A model generated the notes under the pieces. That model did no database searches, had not been told where the DNA came from, and saw nothing but the letters and a program-made list of their open reading frames with translations. A stretch of 64,000 bases of DNA from a virus: the IMG/VR virus record IMGVR_UViG_3300045988_123629; one strand, 5' to 3'. Position numbers and translations under genes: made by a program. This document shows positions 20,323 through 29,110 of the stretch, one piece after another. How positions within the stretch are numbered: the stretch's first letter is position 1; every line of letters starts with the position of its first letter.

Positions 20323-20397
20323 GGTGCTGGAGAAAGGACTCGAACCTTCAGATTAATGATCCTAAATCATTCGTCTATGCCAATTCGACTACACCAG
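20323..20397 (-). tRNA. Class I tRNA with anticodon TAG (Leu-CUA decoding type). It has no long variable arm.
   Basis: Acceptor GCUGGUG/CUCCAGC, A73 and CCA. D-arm GUCG-AAUUGGCAUA-GACG. Anticodon arm AAUGA-UUUAGGA-UCAUU. T-arm GAAGG-UUCGAGU-CCUUU. An alternative fold gives a 6-bp stem with a 5-nt loop. Confidence 0.4.
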
Positions 20398-20637
20398 CAA
20401 ATAAAGAGTTTTATAACCCACATCGCGAAGATTCGAACTTCGTCAACCGTTAGGACTCGAACCAACTTTTACTCTTTTGGATTCCCAGAACCCATAGCCT
20501 TGATTAATGTGAGTATAGCCACTACTTCACAATAAGTTTTACTTCGCTTTCTTATATTTAGTCGGGCGTTTTCCGCAAACCACATACTCTTTCGATCGGT
20601 GGTAGTTTAAACTTACAAAATCCGTGTTAACGCCCCA

Positions 20638-20714
20638 ATGGCGGGAGAGATAGGATTCGAACCTATGACATCTTGTTTAACAGACAAGCGCTCTAACCAA
20701 CTGAGCTACACTCC
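20638..20714 (-). tRNA. tRNA-Asn (anticodon GTT).
   Basis: Acceptor GGGAGUG/CUCUCCC. D-arm GCUC-AGUUGGUUA-GAGC. Anticodon arm CUUGU-CUGUUAA-ACAAG. T-arm AUAGG-UUCGAAU-CCUAU. CCA is encoded. Confidence 0.7.
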
Positions 20715-21206
20715 CATAAAAGAAGGACTTTTTAAAATCCTTACTTTATATATTTATTATATTATATTTTTTTTAAAAAATCAACTTTTCTCTTTTACCC
20801 AAATTTTTTTATTTTCTTTTTTCTTTCTTCATTTTATATAAATATTATATAATATTTTTTATAAAATGTCAATAAGGTCTTTGAATTGGCATTAAATCAT
20901 CTTCTGAAAGAAGCCACTTTTCACCATGCTCATCAAGGACTTCAATCTGATAATTTAATACTCGAATGACAGTACATTTAAGATACTGTCTACGATAACA
21001 ACGACCACGATAAGGGACAAAACAATAAGAATTACCAACTTCAATATTCATTATTTATTTTCTCCTTTCTCAACTTTCTATATATATTATATTATATATT
21101 TTTAATAAAATCAAAAAAGTTCTTTTTGTTTAAGTAGATTTAACAAATTTACCACAATTTTAGTCGAAATCAGGAACACCGCGTGAAGGTATTGTGGATA
21201 GTTCCC

Positions 21207-21288
21207 GCAGGCGCCGTAGGATTCGAACCCACACCGCAAGGTTTTGGAGACCCGCATGCGACCGTTACACCAGACGCCTATAAAACAA
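21207..21288 (-). tRNA. tRNA-Trp (anticodon CCA).
   Basis: Acceptor AGGCGUC/GGCGCCU and G73. Anticodon arm CGGGU-CUCCAAA-ACCUU. T-arm GUGGG-UUCGAAU-CCUAC. Confidence 0.55.
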
Positions 21289-21302
21289 GACCTTAACTTT
21301 GT

Positions 21303-21383
21303 CCGAAAAATGGATTTGAACCATTAACTTAATCTTGAAGGATTATGACCTAACCTTTAGTCTATTCTGGAAGTTATTTTTGC
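21303..21383 (-). tRNA. Irregular Glu-type tRNA with a non-canonical anticodon loop. The best fold gives a 6-nt loop CUUCAA, so the anticodon is ambiguous (UUC or UCA).
   Basis: Acceptor UCCAGAA/UUUCGGA with one mismatch. Glu-like D-arm GAC-UAAAGGUUAG-GUC. Perfect 5-bp stem UAAUC/GAUUA enclosing CUUCAA. T-arm AAUGG-UUCAAAU-CCAUU. It is the first gene after the promoter at about 21390-21440. Confidence 0.4.
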
Positions 21384-21463
21384 TGTAAAGGTCTTTCTTT
21401 ATTTTATAAATATATTATATATTATTTTTTTAAAAATGTCAAAAAAATTTTTAATTGGTTATC

Positions 21464-24161
21464 AATTTCCATGTTGTACTATCTGTTTTTACATATACTC
21501 TACTGTCAGGATGAGCCATATAATAAGTTAAATATACTGAACTATTTGCTGTACTATCACGATAAGGCTTAACATATATATAATAAGTAGTTCCAGCCGT
21601 AACTTTATAACAAATACCAAAATTAGCTCCAGTACCGCCATATTTTTTTGCATAATCATCATCGCTAGCTAAAATATTAGAAGAAGGCTATCCACTATCA
21701 TTAAGAGAAGTAATACTTGATGTTAAATAACCATAAGTGTCTATTGAAGAATTAGAATAAACAATAAAGTCCCCTGAAATAGTAGGAGTAAAAGAAAAAT
21801 ATCGACAAGTGCTTGGAGATAAAGTCCAAGAAGAGGTGTTCTATTTGTTATAAGTGGGAGCAGATATTGACACAGTAGAATAAGCCCAATTTGCTATAGA
21901 CTAAATAGTAATTCTTATATAGCCATTTCCACCATGACCTGTTTCAGATGACCCTGTTGGAGAAATAAATGAAGAATTACCTGCGATAGTTGATGCAGAA
22001 GTTAAATAATAGTTACTATTTAACAAACAACCAGAAGGATAATTAGAAGCAGTGGATGAGGTATATACATAACCAGAACCTCCGCCACCATGATATTTTG
22101 TTCCACCCTGCATATTAGAGAGTGAAACAATTCCACCATACCAGCCGCCTCCTCCAGCTCCATTTATATTATAAGAAGAACTGGATGAATATCCATTTCC
22201 TCCTACTCCAAAGCTATTTCCTGAAGTTTGTGTACTTAGACCTGGACTATTAGACCCTGCTACACTACTGGTGCCCCCACCGGCATCTCCGCTTTCTGTA
22301 TTAGATCCCCAAGAGGTAGCTCCGCCTCCGCCGGCGACAATTACACGAGCGTAGAGAGAGTTTGATCCAATACGAATATCAGAAGCTCCTCCACCACCAC
22401 CGCTTCGAGACATAGATCCGGAGACTCCTCCAGTACCGCCTCCATTAAATCCTCCTGTATAATCATTAGCAGAAGAAGAAATACAACCTCCTTTTCCACC
22501 AGTATATAAATATACCGTTTGAGAGGAAGAAAGAGTTAAAATTCCCGTTGAATATCCACCTTTTCCTCCTATAGCTCCCGAAGAAGCGTCAAAACTAGAG
22601 TTACTATTAGCACCATTTCCTCCCTAAGCCCCCCAACATTCTAATTTATAAGTACCTTTTGGAAGGGCAATATTTTTATAAGTTCCACTATAAGGACAAT
22701 TTAATATATCTCCTGTTTTTAAAGAAGAAGAAGAAGGAATTGAAGAAGTTAAGTCGTAAGTTGCCATGTAACGTCTCCTCCTTTCCAAGTTGTACTATCT
22801 GTTTTTATATATATAGCTTTAGTAGGAGCATAAGTATTAGAATTGATTTTTATATTTAAAGGAGATAATACTGTAATACGAATATATCCATTTTGCCCTC
22901 CAGGATTAGTTTTACTATAGCCTATCGTAGTAGAGGCATTTGTTAAATAATAATTATTGTTTAACAAACAGCCAGAAGGATAATTAGAAGCAGTTGATGA
23001 AGTATATACGTAGCCAGAGCCTCCCCCATTATAAGTTCTATAATCAGCAGAGCTATCACTAACATTAGTAGAAGCACCACCGCCATACCAGCCACCACCA
23101 CCACCACCGGGACCATAATTATAATTGGTAGATCCACTAGCATCAGCACCTTGACCAAAAGATCCATTTGTTCCTGCTTTAGTCTATGTAGCCTTATATT
23201 CTTCAACCGCAGAGTTACCCGTCAATCCGCCACCCTATTTAATAGAAGAATTACTTTCTCCCGCGCCACCACCACCACCACCGGCAACAATTACACGGGC
23301 ATAAAGAGAGTCTTGACCTACGCGGATATCGGAAGCTCCTCCGCCTCCTCCACCTGATGTGTAAGCAGAAGTATACCATCTAATCCTAGAGCTACCTCCT
23401 CCATTAAATCCACCATTAACTATCTTACCTTTTTCACTATCACTTGAATAACTACCATGCCCCCCGGTGTATAAATAAATAGTGGTAGGAACTGGTAAAG
23501 AAAGAATTCCTATAGAATATCCTCCTGTTCCACCCCAATAACTATTTTTTGAACTCGCAGGAGTATAAGTAGTATTACTTTCCTATTTCTAAATCTAAAA
23601 ATAAACTTCTTCATTATCCACGGAATTTGAGCTATCTTTAGTATAAGTCATTACGATAGTAGATCCTGATGATAAAGAATAAGTGCCAGTAGTAGTAAGA
23701 GAACTTGATCCAGAAACCGCATTTAAAACTGTATTTCCTCCAACAGTTAAAGTGACTTTATCATAGCTTGCTTCAGTTTTATAATAATATGAAAATTTAT
23801 AAGTCCCCCCAGAAGTACAAGTTAATGTAGTTGTAGCAGTACTTGAATCTATTCCTCCGTTAGTAGCTATCCAGTCATTTCCGTCTTGACGAAAATAATA
23901 ATTTGAATCATTAACAGTAAAATAACTGGTCGCATTATGAGTTCCTATATATATCCATGAAGTTGTTGTTGATGAAGTTAAAGAACCAGAATAACCAATT
24001 CCGCCATAGCCACCCCAACATTCTAATTGATAATTTCCCGCTGGAAGTTTTACTGGATTTACCGCTCCTGAATAGCTACTATTAATAATATCTCCTGGAA
24101 TAAATTTAATAGAAGAATAATCTGTTATAGAAGTTCCAGAAGGATTATAAGTATTTGGCAT
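21464..24161 (-). CDS. Large Gly/Ser/Thr-rich tail fibre or adhesin-like protein with many in-frame TAG codons. It may comprise one very large gene or two genes.
   Basis: GAGGAGG RBS before the ATG at 24159-24161. ORFs 23595-24161, 22749-22967 and 21901-22413 and the stretches between them are coding in register and interrupted only by TAG. For example, VYF(TAG)I(TAG)K(TAG)ESNTTY at 23583-23597 was verified by triplets. Repeats GGGGGA.DIR.G..SLYARVIVAGGGG are present. The end coordinate is approximate. Confidence 0.4.
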
Positions 24162-24177
24162 TTAAATTCCTCCTCTA

Positions 24178-24732
24178 TTAAGTGAAATACTAAATCCAAA
24201 TATCTCCAACATTTCCGTCTGAAGCGGTGGGAGCAGAAGTGGATACTTTAATATTTCTTAAAATATTATTGTTTAAATAAGAAGAATTAGTAGTGACAGA
24301 TAAATTAGATCCCATAGAACCATTAGTAATCTAAGCTAAGTCTAATCCTGGATTAATGGGTAAAATATAATCACCACTGGATGACCCTAATTGTATCTAT
24401 CCGATAAATGCTTCATCTTTATATAGAAAATTTGCTTCTACAGCAGTATTCTAATGCCAACATCCTAATCCATTATTAGAATGTTCTTTTTTAATATAAT
24501 ATTGAGTTAATTTTAATGCTCCTAAATTATTTATATTTATTGTTATATTAGTAATTGGATTTGTCGCAACATTATTCATATTTGGAATAAGGCCAATAAT
24601 CATTCCGTCTTTATATTCTTTAATAGATTTTGCGGTTCCTATGTAAGTTAATCCATCAGTAGAAGTAATTGGAATAATTTCTAAACTACCACTTCCACTA
24701 CGCATATGTTCTATTGCTTTTGGAATTGCCAT
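24178..24732 (-). CDS. Structural, probably tail-associated, protein with about 5 in-frame TAG codons.
   Basis: AAGGAGG RBS before the ATG at 24730-24732. TAG at 24451 and others downstream. The in-frame TAA is at 24178-24180. The next gene's RBS and ATG follow directly. Confidence 0.45.
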
Positions 24733-24813
24733 TTAAATGACCTCCTTATAAATTTTATTATTTCTATAAAATTTAAAAATTTATAGGTAAGTCATTAATT
24801 TAATTTGGTTAAA

Positions 24814-24850
24814 TAAAAAAAGAGTAATGTCAAATGACATTACTCTTTAG
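24814..24850. terminator. Bidirectional rho-independent terminator separating the early/middle region (upstream) from the late TAG-recoded region (downstream).
   Basis: Perfect hairpin AGAGTAATGTCA-AAT-GACATTACTCT flanked by an A-run and a T-run. Confidence 0.65.
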
Positions 24851-24851
24851 A

Positions 24852-25157
24852 TTAACTTAATCCCAATCTTGCCTTTAAATCGGCAATATTTTTCTTTTCA
24901 TCTATAGTGATTTCAATTGGGGTTTCTCCGCCTGCAGTTGCCCCATCTTCAAAATTCAAAACATTTGAATCCGCGGTTGCACCTGCTTCACCGATCGGAG
25001 TCTTTGGGCACGTCATACTAATAGCAATCTGAATTCGCTCACCATTTTCATTAGCCCAAAGATAATACTTTTTATCTCGCTCGCCGATCCAATCAGCGCC
25101 AAATACTTCCGCCATTTTCTTAGCGATTTGTTCCTTAGCTACTGCACCTTTAGCCAT
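24852..25157 (-). CDS. Small acidic hypothetical protein (101 aa).
   Basis: ORF from the track. It is the first gene upstream of the early/late boundary terminator. Acidic (about pI 4.5). No TAG. Confidence 0.4.
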   Translation of the reverse strand: MAKGAVAKEQIAKKMAEVFGADWIGERDKKYYLWANENGERIQIAISMTCPKTPIGEAGATADSNVLNFEDGATAGGETPIEITIDEKKNIADLKARLGLS

Positions 25158-25169
25158 ATCTAATTCTCC

Positions 25170-26603
25170 TTAACTAAAATTATGTATAAAGTCTTTTAAA
25201 GACCTAAAATTATTAACTTTTTCTTCACCAGCATCTCTAAAGCACCAAGGACATAAATACATATCAGTCCCTTTATGATAGTGAATATCTTCTGTATAAT
25301 ATAAATTATTACAACATTCGCATCGTTTACAATAAGTATCCGCACAACTATCGCAAACTAATTCATTCTCATCGCCTACGGAATTTGCTTCATCAAGAAT
25401 TATACGAGAACCGCAACAAGCGCAATAACCATAGTTATCGTCTTCATTTACTCCATAACTGAATTCACAATCTCCGCATCGCATATATTCTCCACTTTCA
25501 ATTATAGTTTTACCGCATTGTAAACAAGGAACATCACCACCAATAGACCAATGAGGAAGATCAGTCTTGTCAAATGGATAATAATACAATTTTAAACTAT
25601 AAATAGGCAAATAGCAAGAAGAATAAAGCAAATCATTATATTGAAGAGTATGCTCACCAATATCTTCAACGATATCACTAATAGGATATAAACGAGACAA
25701 AATAGGAATCCATGTTTCAGATAATCCGATAGTCTCTTCTCCAAAAGGAGTGCTACTCATCCTATTAGAGACAGTAGTAATACCTCCGTCTACCCATTCA
25801 CGCAACTGAAAAGTCTTATCAAAAGTATTGATAATATCTTTAATTTTAATTAAAGCATTAGTTGTCATAAAAGGATATTGGCGACCAGCCATCAAACCGC
25901 GTCGTTTATCTTCCATGTAAAGAAGCATACGCCATTTCTTAGAATTCCAAAGAACGTCTTCGGGGAAATGCGGAAGTTTCTGATTCTCCGCTCCGCGCAA
26001 ATAGCAAATAAAAGTGCTTCTATCTACCATGTAAGATAAATTTCCTGCTCTGTATTCACCATCAAGCGCATGACAAGAACGCCAATTATAAGTATTTTCA
26101 CTCACGCTCAGAAAATCCAAAGGATGAACTGAGAAACATAATGTTCCCTCAATCTTGTCCTCTTGGATAATACGACTTGCGTAATTTTGAATATCTTCCA
26201 AAGAGCGCGGATTCTCTTCAAAATACTTAAAAGCCTTAACTAATTTCATTCCTCTTGGAATCTTTTTATCCTTATAAAAATAAGTATCTATAACTGTATT
26301 ATTAAAGAATCCTTCTTTATTTACTGAAATAAAATCTTTTAAGTCTTCATTATTATAAGTATAATTAATTGTTTCAAGAAACTCCTCAAGACGATGCTCT
26401 TTAGTTTTATCATCTAAAGAAAAAGATACCTTTTCCGGCCATTCATAAATTAAATGACCGTGAAAAAATTTAATTAAGTCTTTTTTGGCTTCGAGGAATC
26501 TTTCGAATAGTTCTTCTGTTTTTGGATTACTGATTCCTTGGGAGTAACTGATGACTTTGTTGAACTGTTCTCTAATGCTTTCGATGTCGAAGTCATATGA
26601 CAT
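25170..26603 (-). CDS. Large hypothetical protein with a C-terminal multi-zinc-ribbon cluster. Paralogue of 29111-30715.
   Basis: GGAGG RBS 9 nt upstream of the ATG at 26601-26603 (MSYDFDIES...). The shared core with 29111-30715 is TLCFSVHPLDFLSVSEN..W.SCH...GEYR.G....NSKKWR.L. At least 5 CxxC pairs lie at the C-terminus. Confidence 0.5.
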   Translation of the reverse strand: MSYDFDIESIREQFNKVISYSQGISNPKTEELFERFLEAKKDLIKFFHGHLIYEWPEKVSFSLDDKTKEHRLEEFLETINYTYNNEDLKDFISVNKEGFFNNTVIDTYFYKDKKIPRGMKLVKAFKYFEENPRSLEDIQNYASRIIQEDKIEGTLCFSVHPLDFLSVSENTYNWRSCHALDGEYRAGNLSYMVDRSTFICYLRGAENQKLPHFPEDVLWNSKKWRMLLYMEDKRRGLMAGRQYPFMTTNALIKIKDIINTFDKTFQLREWVDGGITTVSNRMSSTPFGEETIGLSETWIPILSRLYPISDIVEDIGEHTLQYNDLLYSSCYLPIYSLKLYYYPFDKTDLPHWSIGGDVPCLQCGKTIIESGEYMRCGDCEFSYGVNEDDNYGYCACCGSRIILDEANSVGDENELVCDSCADTYCKRCECCNNLYYTEDIHYHKGTDMYLCPWCFRDAGEEKVNNFRSLKDFIHNFS

Positions 26604-27580
26604 TTGACTAATCCTCCAATACAATCTTTACAATACTCGCTGTGTGGGTTCGCAGGGTCAATTTCAAATGCCTCTTCACACTCCGCACACCATTCAACAT
26701 TACTGGGAATACAATCAGGACAATAAAAACATGTATGTCCATCTAATCCCTTTACTGGAAATGTTTCATACTCACTAAATAGCTGACCGCATCCTCTACA
26801 ATGAACGTAGAATCCATCGCCATCAGTTGGAAAATTCTTACAAATATTATCGAACCAAATATTATGATAATTACGATAATACTCAAAATTAGGGATATCT
26901 TTCTCTTGGAGCATGCGGATTACCTTATTAATCGTATCAAAAAGAGCGCCCGCATTTAATGTTTCAACATGACTATGTTCATTCTTGTATCCAACTGAAA
27001 GATTTACACCACAAATTTTCCATTCAGGACATAAAACACTAATATCACTAAACGTGCCAAAATCCTCTACAAATCCAAAAGATTCAATGTAATCAATGAA
27101 TTTAGGATTGTAAAGGTCGTAAAATACACAATCATTTGTGCCTTGTCTATCCAACTGAATAATATATTTCAAATCAGGAAATGGACACTCAAAATATTGT
27201 AATACTAATGCTTCGGCGCCTAATCCACCAATTTCTTCATCAGTGGTAAAAATAATAGAAGGGCGCAAAGATGTATTCCTCAAAATATGAAGAATCGCAT
27301 ATACTCCTGCTCTATCATCTGCACCAAGACCTTCAGGTGACCAAAGCACATTTTTTCTTGTGTCATAATATAAATCTTTGACCGGTTTCTCAAACACGGT
27401 ATCAAGATGAGCCACTAAGGCAATCGGAATATCGCCAACCGCACAAACATACTCTTTAGTAATAACTACTTCAGAATATTTAGATTTCAATACATCGGCA
27501 ACATATTCCCTTAACTCATCTTGCGTCGAGCGAACCAGATATTCAAATAACCAAAGTTCATTAGTTTTAAAACCTCTCAC
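26474..27580 (-). CDS. M42/M20-type metallopeptidase-like domain fused to a C-terminal Cys-rich zinc-ribbon region.
   Basis: Metal-ligand motifs AHLDTV, GADDRAGV and TTDEEIGGLGA in the N-terminal 200 aa. Cluster CRGCGQ...CFYCPDC...CAECEE...CKDCIGG at the C-terminus. The 3' end overlaps the next gene by about 130 nt in another frame. Confidence 0.5.
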   Translation of the reverse strand: MRGFKTNELWLFEYLVRSTQDELREYVADVLKSKYSEVVITKEYVCAVGDIPIALVAHLDTVFEKPVKDLYYDTRKNVLWSPEGLGADDRAGVYAILHILRNTSLRPSIIFTTDEEIGGLGAEALVLQYFECPFPDLKYIIQLDRQGTNDCVFYDLYNPKFIDYIESFGFVEDFGTFSDISVLCPEWKICGVNLSVGYKNEHSHVETLNAGALFDTINKVIRMLQEKDIPNFEYYRNYHNIWFDNICKNFPTDGDGFYVHCRGCGQLFSEYETFPVKGLDGHTCFYCPDCIPSNVEWCAECEEAFEIDPANPHSEYCKDCIGGLVKCHMTSTSKALENSSTKSSVTPKESVIQKQKNYSKDSSKPKKT

Positions 27581-27631
27581 AGTTTATTCTCCTATCTTTT
27601 ATCTTATATTTATATTATAACATTATTTTTT

Positions 27632-28279
27632 TTATTTGTCAATTGAGTCCTCTTCCGCCTCGGGGATAGGATTATTCTGCTTACTTGCTTGAACGGCTTT
27701 ATCTATAACACGAGAGAATATAAATGCGGTTTCACAATAATGGCACGTCCCTTGTCGTTGACAGCGCTGACCGCAATTGATGCGGTTGGGGCCAAAATCT
27801 TCGGGGATTCCACGATTATCCGCATTATAATTTAGATTGGTTAATAAAAGATTTAGATTACCTTGCCAATGACCACTTTGATAGATATCCAAAAGCACAG
27901 CTTCTTTGGAGAGTGCGGGCTCGTCAAATTCTAAAGTTGAGACATATGTTCCATAATAATCTACGTCTTCCGGTCGGACGTAGGAACCGCATATTCCATT
28001 TTCTCTTGGAAGATTATCGTCATAGCATTTATTCGCAATCATACGAATTGGGACTTTTGCTTGCTGATTTAATTGTCTCAAATCAAATGTAAGTGGTGCC
28101 CCGATGAAAAGTTCGCTAACTTTAAGATCAAGGAGAACGCGGACTTCTGCCCATGTAGTAGCGGGATAAGCGAAATAATACTTTACATCAATATTACATC
28201 CATTACGAGTAAGCATATCTTCAAATGCTACAATAAGATCGACTTTATCCTTAAAGGAATCAATCTCTTCCCAATTCAC
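27632..28279 (-). CDS. Hypothetical protein (215 aa) with a C-terminal Cys/His cluster.
   Basis: ORF from the track. Cluster CGQRCQRQGTCHYCE near the C-terminus. Confidence 0.4.
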   Translation of the reverse strand: MNWEEIDSFKDKVDLIVAFEDMLTRNGCNIDVKYYFAYPATTWAEVRVLLDLKVSELFIGAPLTFDLRQLNQQAKVPIRMIANKCYDDNLPRENGICGSYVRPEDVDYYGTYVSTLEFDEPALSKEAVLLDIYQSGHWQGNLNLLLTNLNYNADNRGIPEDFGPNRINCGQRCQRQGTCHYCETAFIFSRVIDKAVQASKQNNPIPEAEEDSIDK

Positions 28280-28603
28280 TTCTTCGTTTTTGCGGATTCT
28301 GATAATATATCGCTTATTAGGAAATTTCTAAATCATATCATACATAATGTTTATATCATTATAATTAACCATAAGCTCATCAGCCTTCTCACGAACAACA
28401 TCAGGTTGACGCACAGAAACACAATATTTCAAATTATATCACTCCTTTATAATATAATTATAACAAAAAACTCTAATTTTGTCAAGAAAATTCTAAACGG
28501 CTTTTTACTTTTGGACTTTCGGTATATGCGACCAGCACCGGTCGGAGCAGATAACAAGAAAAAATGGACTGAAAAATTTTCAGTCCATTTAATCATTTAA
28601 TTC

Positions 28604-29020
28604 TTAGTCCTCAGCGACAATCTTGCGATAAGCCACTTTCTTGGAAGCCTTACCGCCATCAGCGCCCGGAACAGAAACCTCAGTCTTCTCCGCGCGGTTC
28701 TCGCTCACAAGAGTGCGGAGTCGATAGCTTGCTTTCTGTGCGGAGACACTCTCATCGCCGAGAGCCTTGACGATCTCAGGAATGGTCATAAACTCATCGT
28801 CATAAAGAACATTATAAATCTGCTCAGTCAGCTCATCGCCCTCAGCACGCTTGGCGGCCGCACGCTCCTTAGCCTTGGCAGTCTTCTTATCAAGCAGCTC
28901 AATCTCATGCTCGCAAAATGCGATCACGTCATTGGGATCATACTTGATCTCACCAGTGTGCATAGCTCCGATAATCGCGGTCAGATAATCGCGCTTAGAA
29001 ACCTTAACTTCATTAGTCAT
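28604..29020 (-). CDS. Winged-helix-like small protein. Divergent paralogue of 47653-48030 and 50276-50650.
   Basis: Same architecture as those two: N-terminal K/R-rich helix, central acidic helix, C-terminal ...IPEIVKALGDES.SAQKASYRLRTLVSENRAEK. Confidence 0.4.
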   Translation of the reverse strand: MTNEVKVSKRDYLTAIIGAMHTGEIKYDPNDVIAFCEHEIELLDKKTAKAKERAAAKRAEGDELTEQIYNVLYDDEFMTIPEIVKALGDESVSAQKASYRLRTLVSENRAEKTEVSVPGADGGKASKKVAYRKIVAED

Positions 29021-29110
29021 AATTTTTACCTTAACCTTTCATAAATAACAATTTTATTTTTAGGAAGTATCTCTTCCTTTACCTTACATAAATATTATAT
29101 ATTATTTTTT

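Noticed and set aside
20194-20535. 113-aa plus-strand ORF in the six-frame track. The same applies to 18660-18929, 18695-18886 and 18722-18907.
   Set aside because: These ORFs lie entirely over GC-rich tRNA or tRNA-like genes on the opposite strand. There is no RBS, and the amino-acid composition is typical of translated tRNA sequence.
1-24800. In-frame TAGs explained as pseudogenisation or sequencing errors.
   Set aside because: Only TAG is affected, never TAA. The density is high and restricted to particular functional classes. Conserved motifs (HNH, GIY-YIG, NAGPA, SPOR, fibre N-domain) stay in register across each TAG. A cognate CUA-anticodon tRNA is encoded. Random decay would not produce this.
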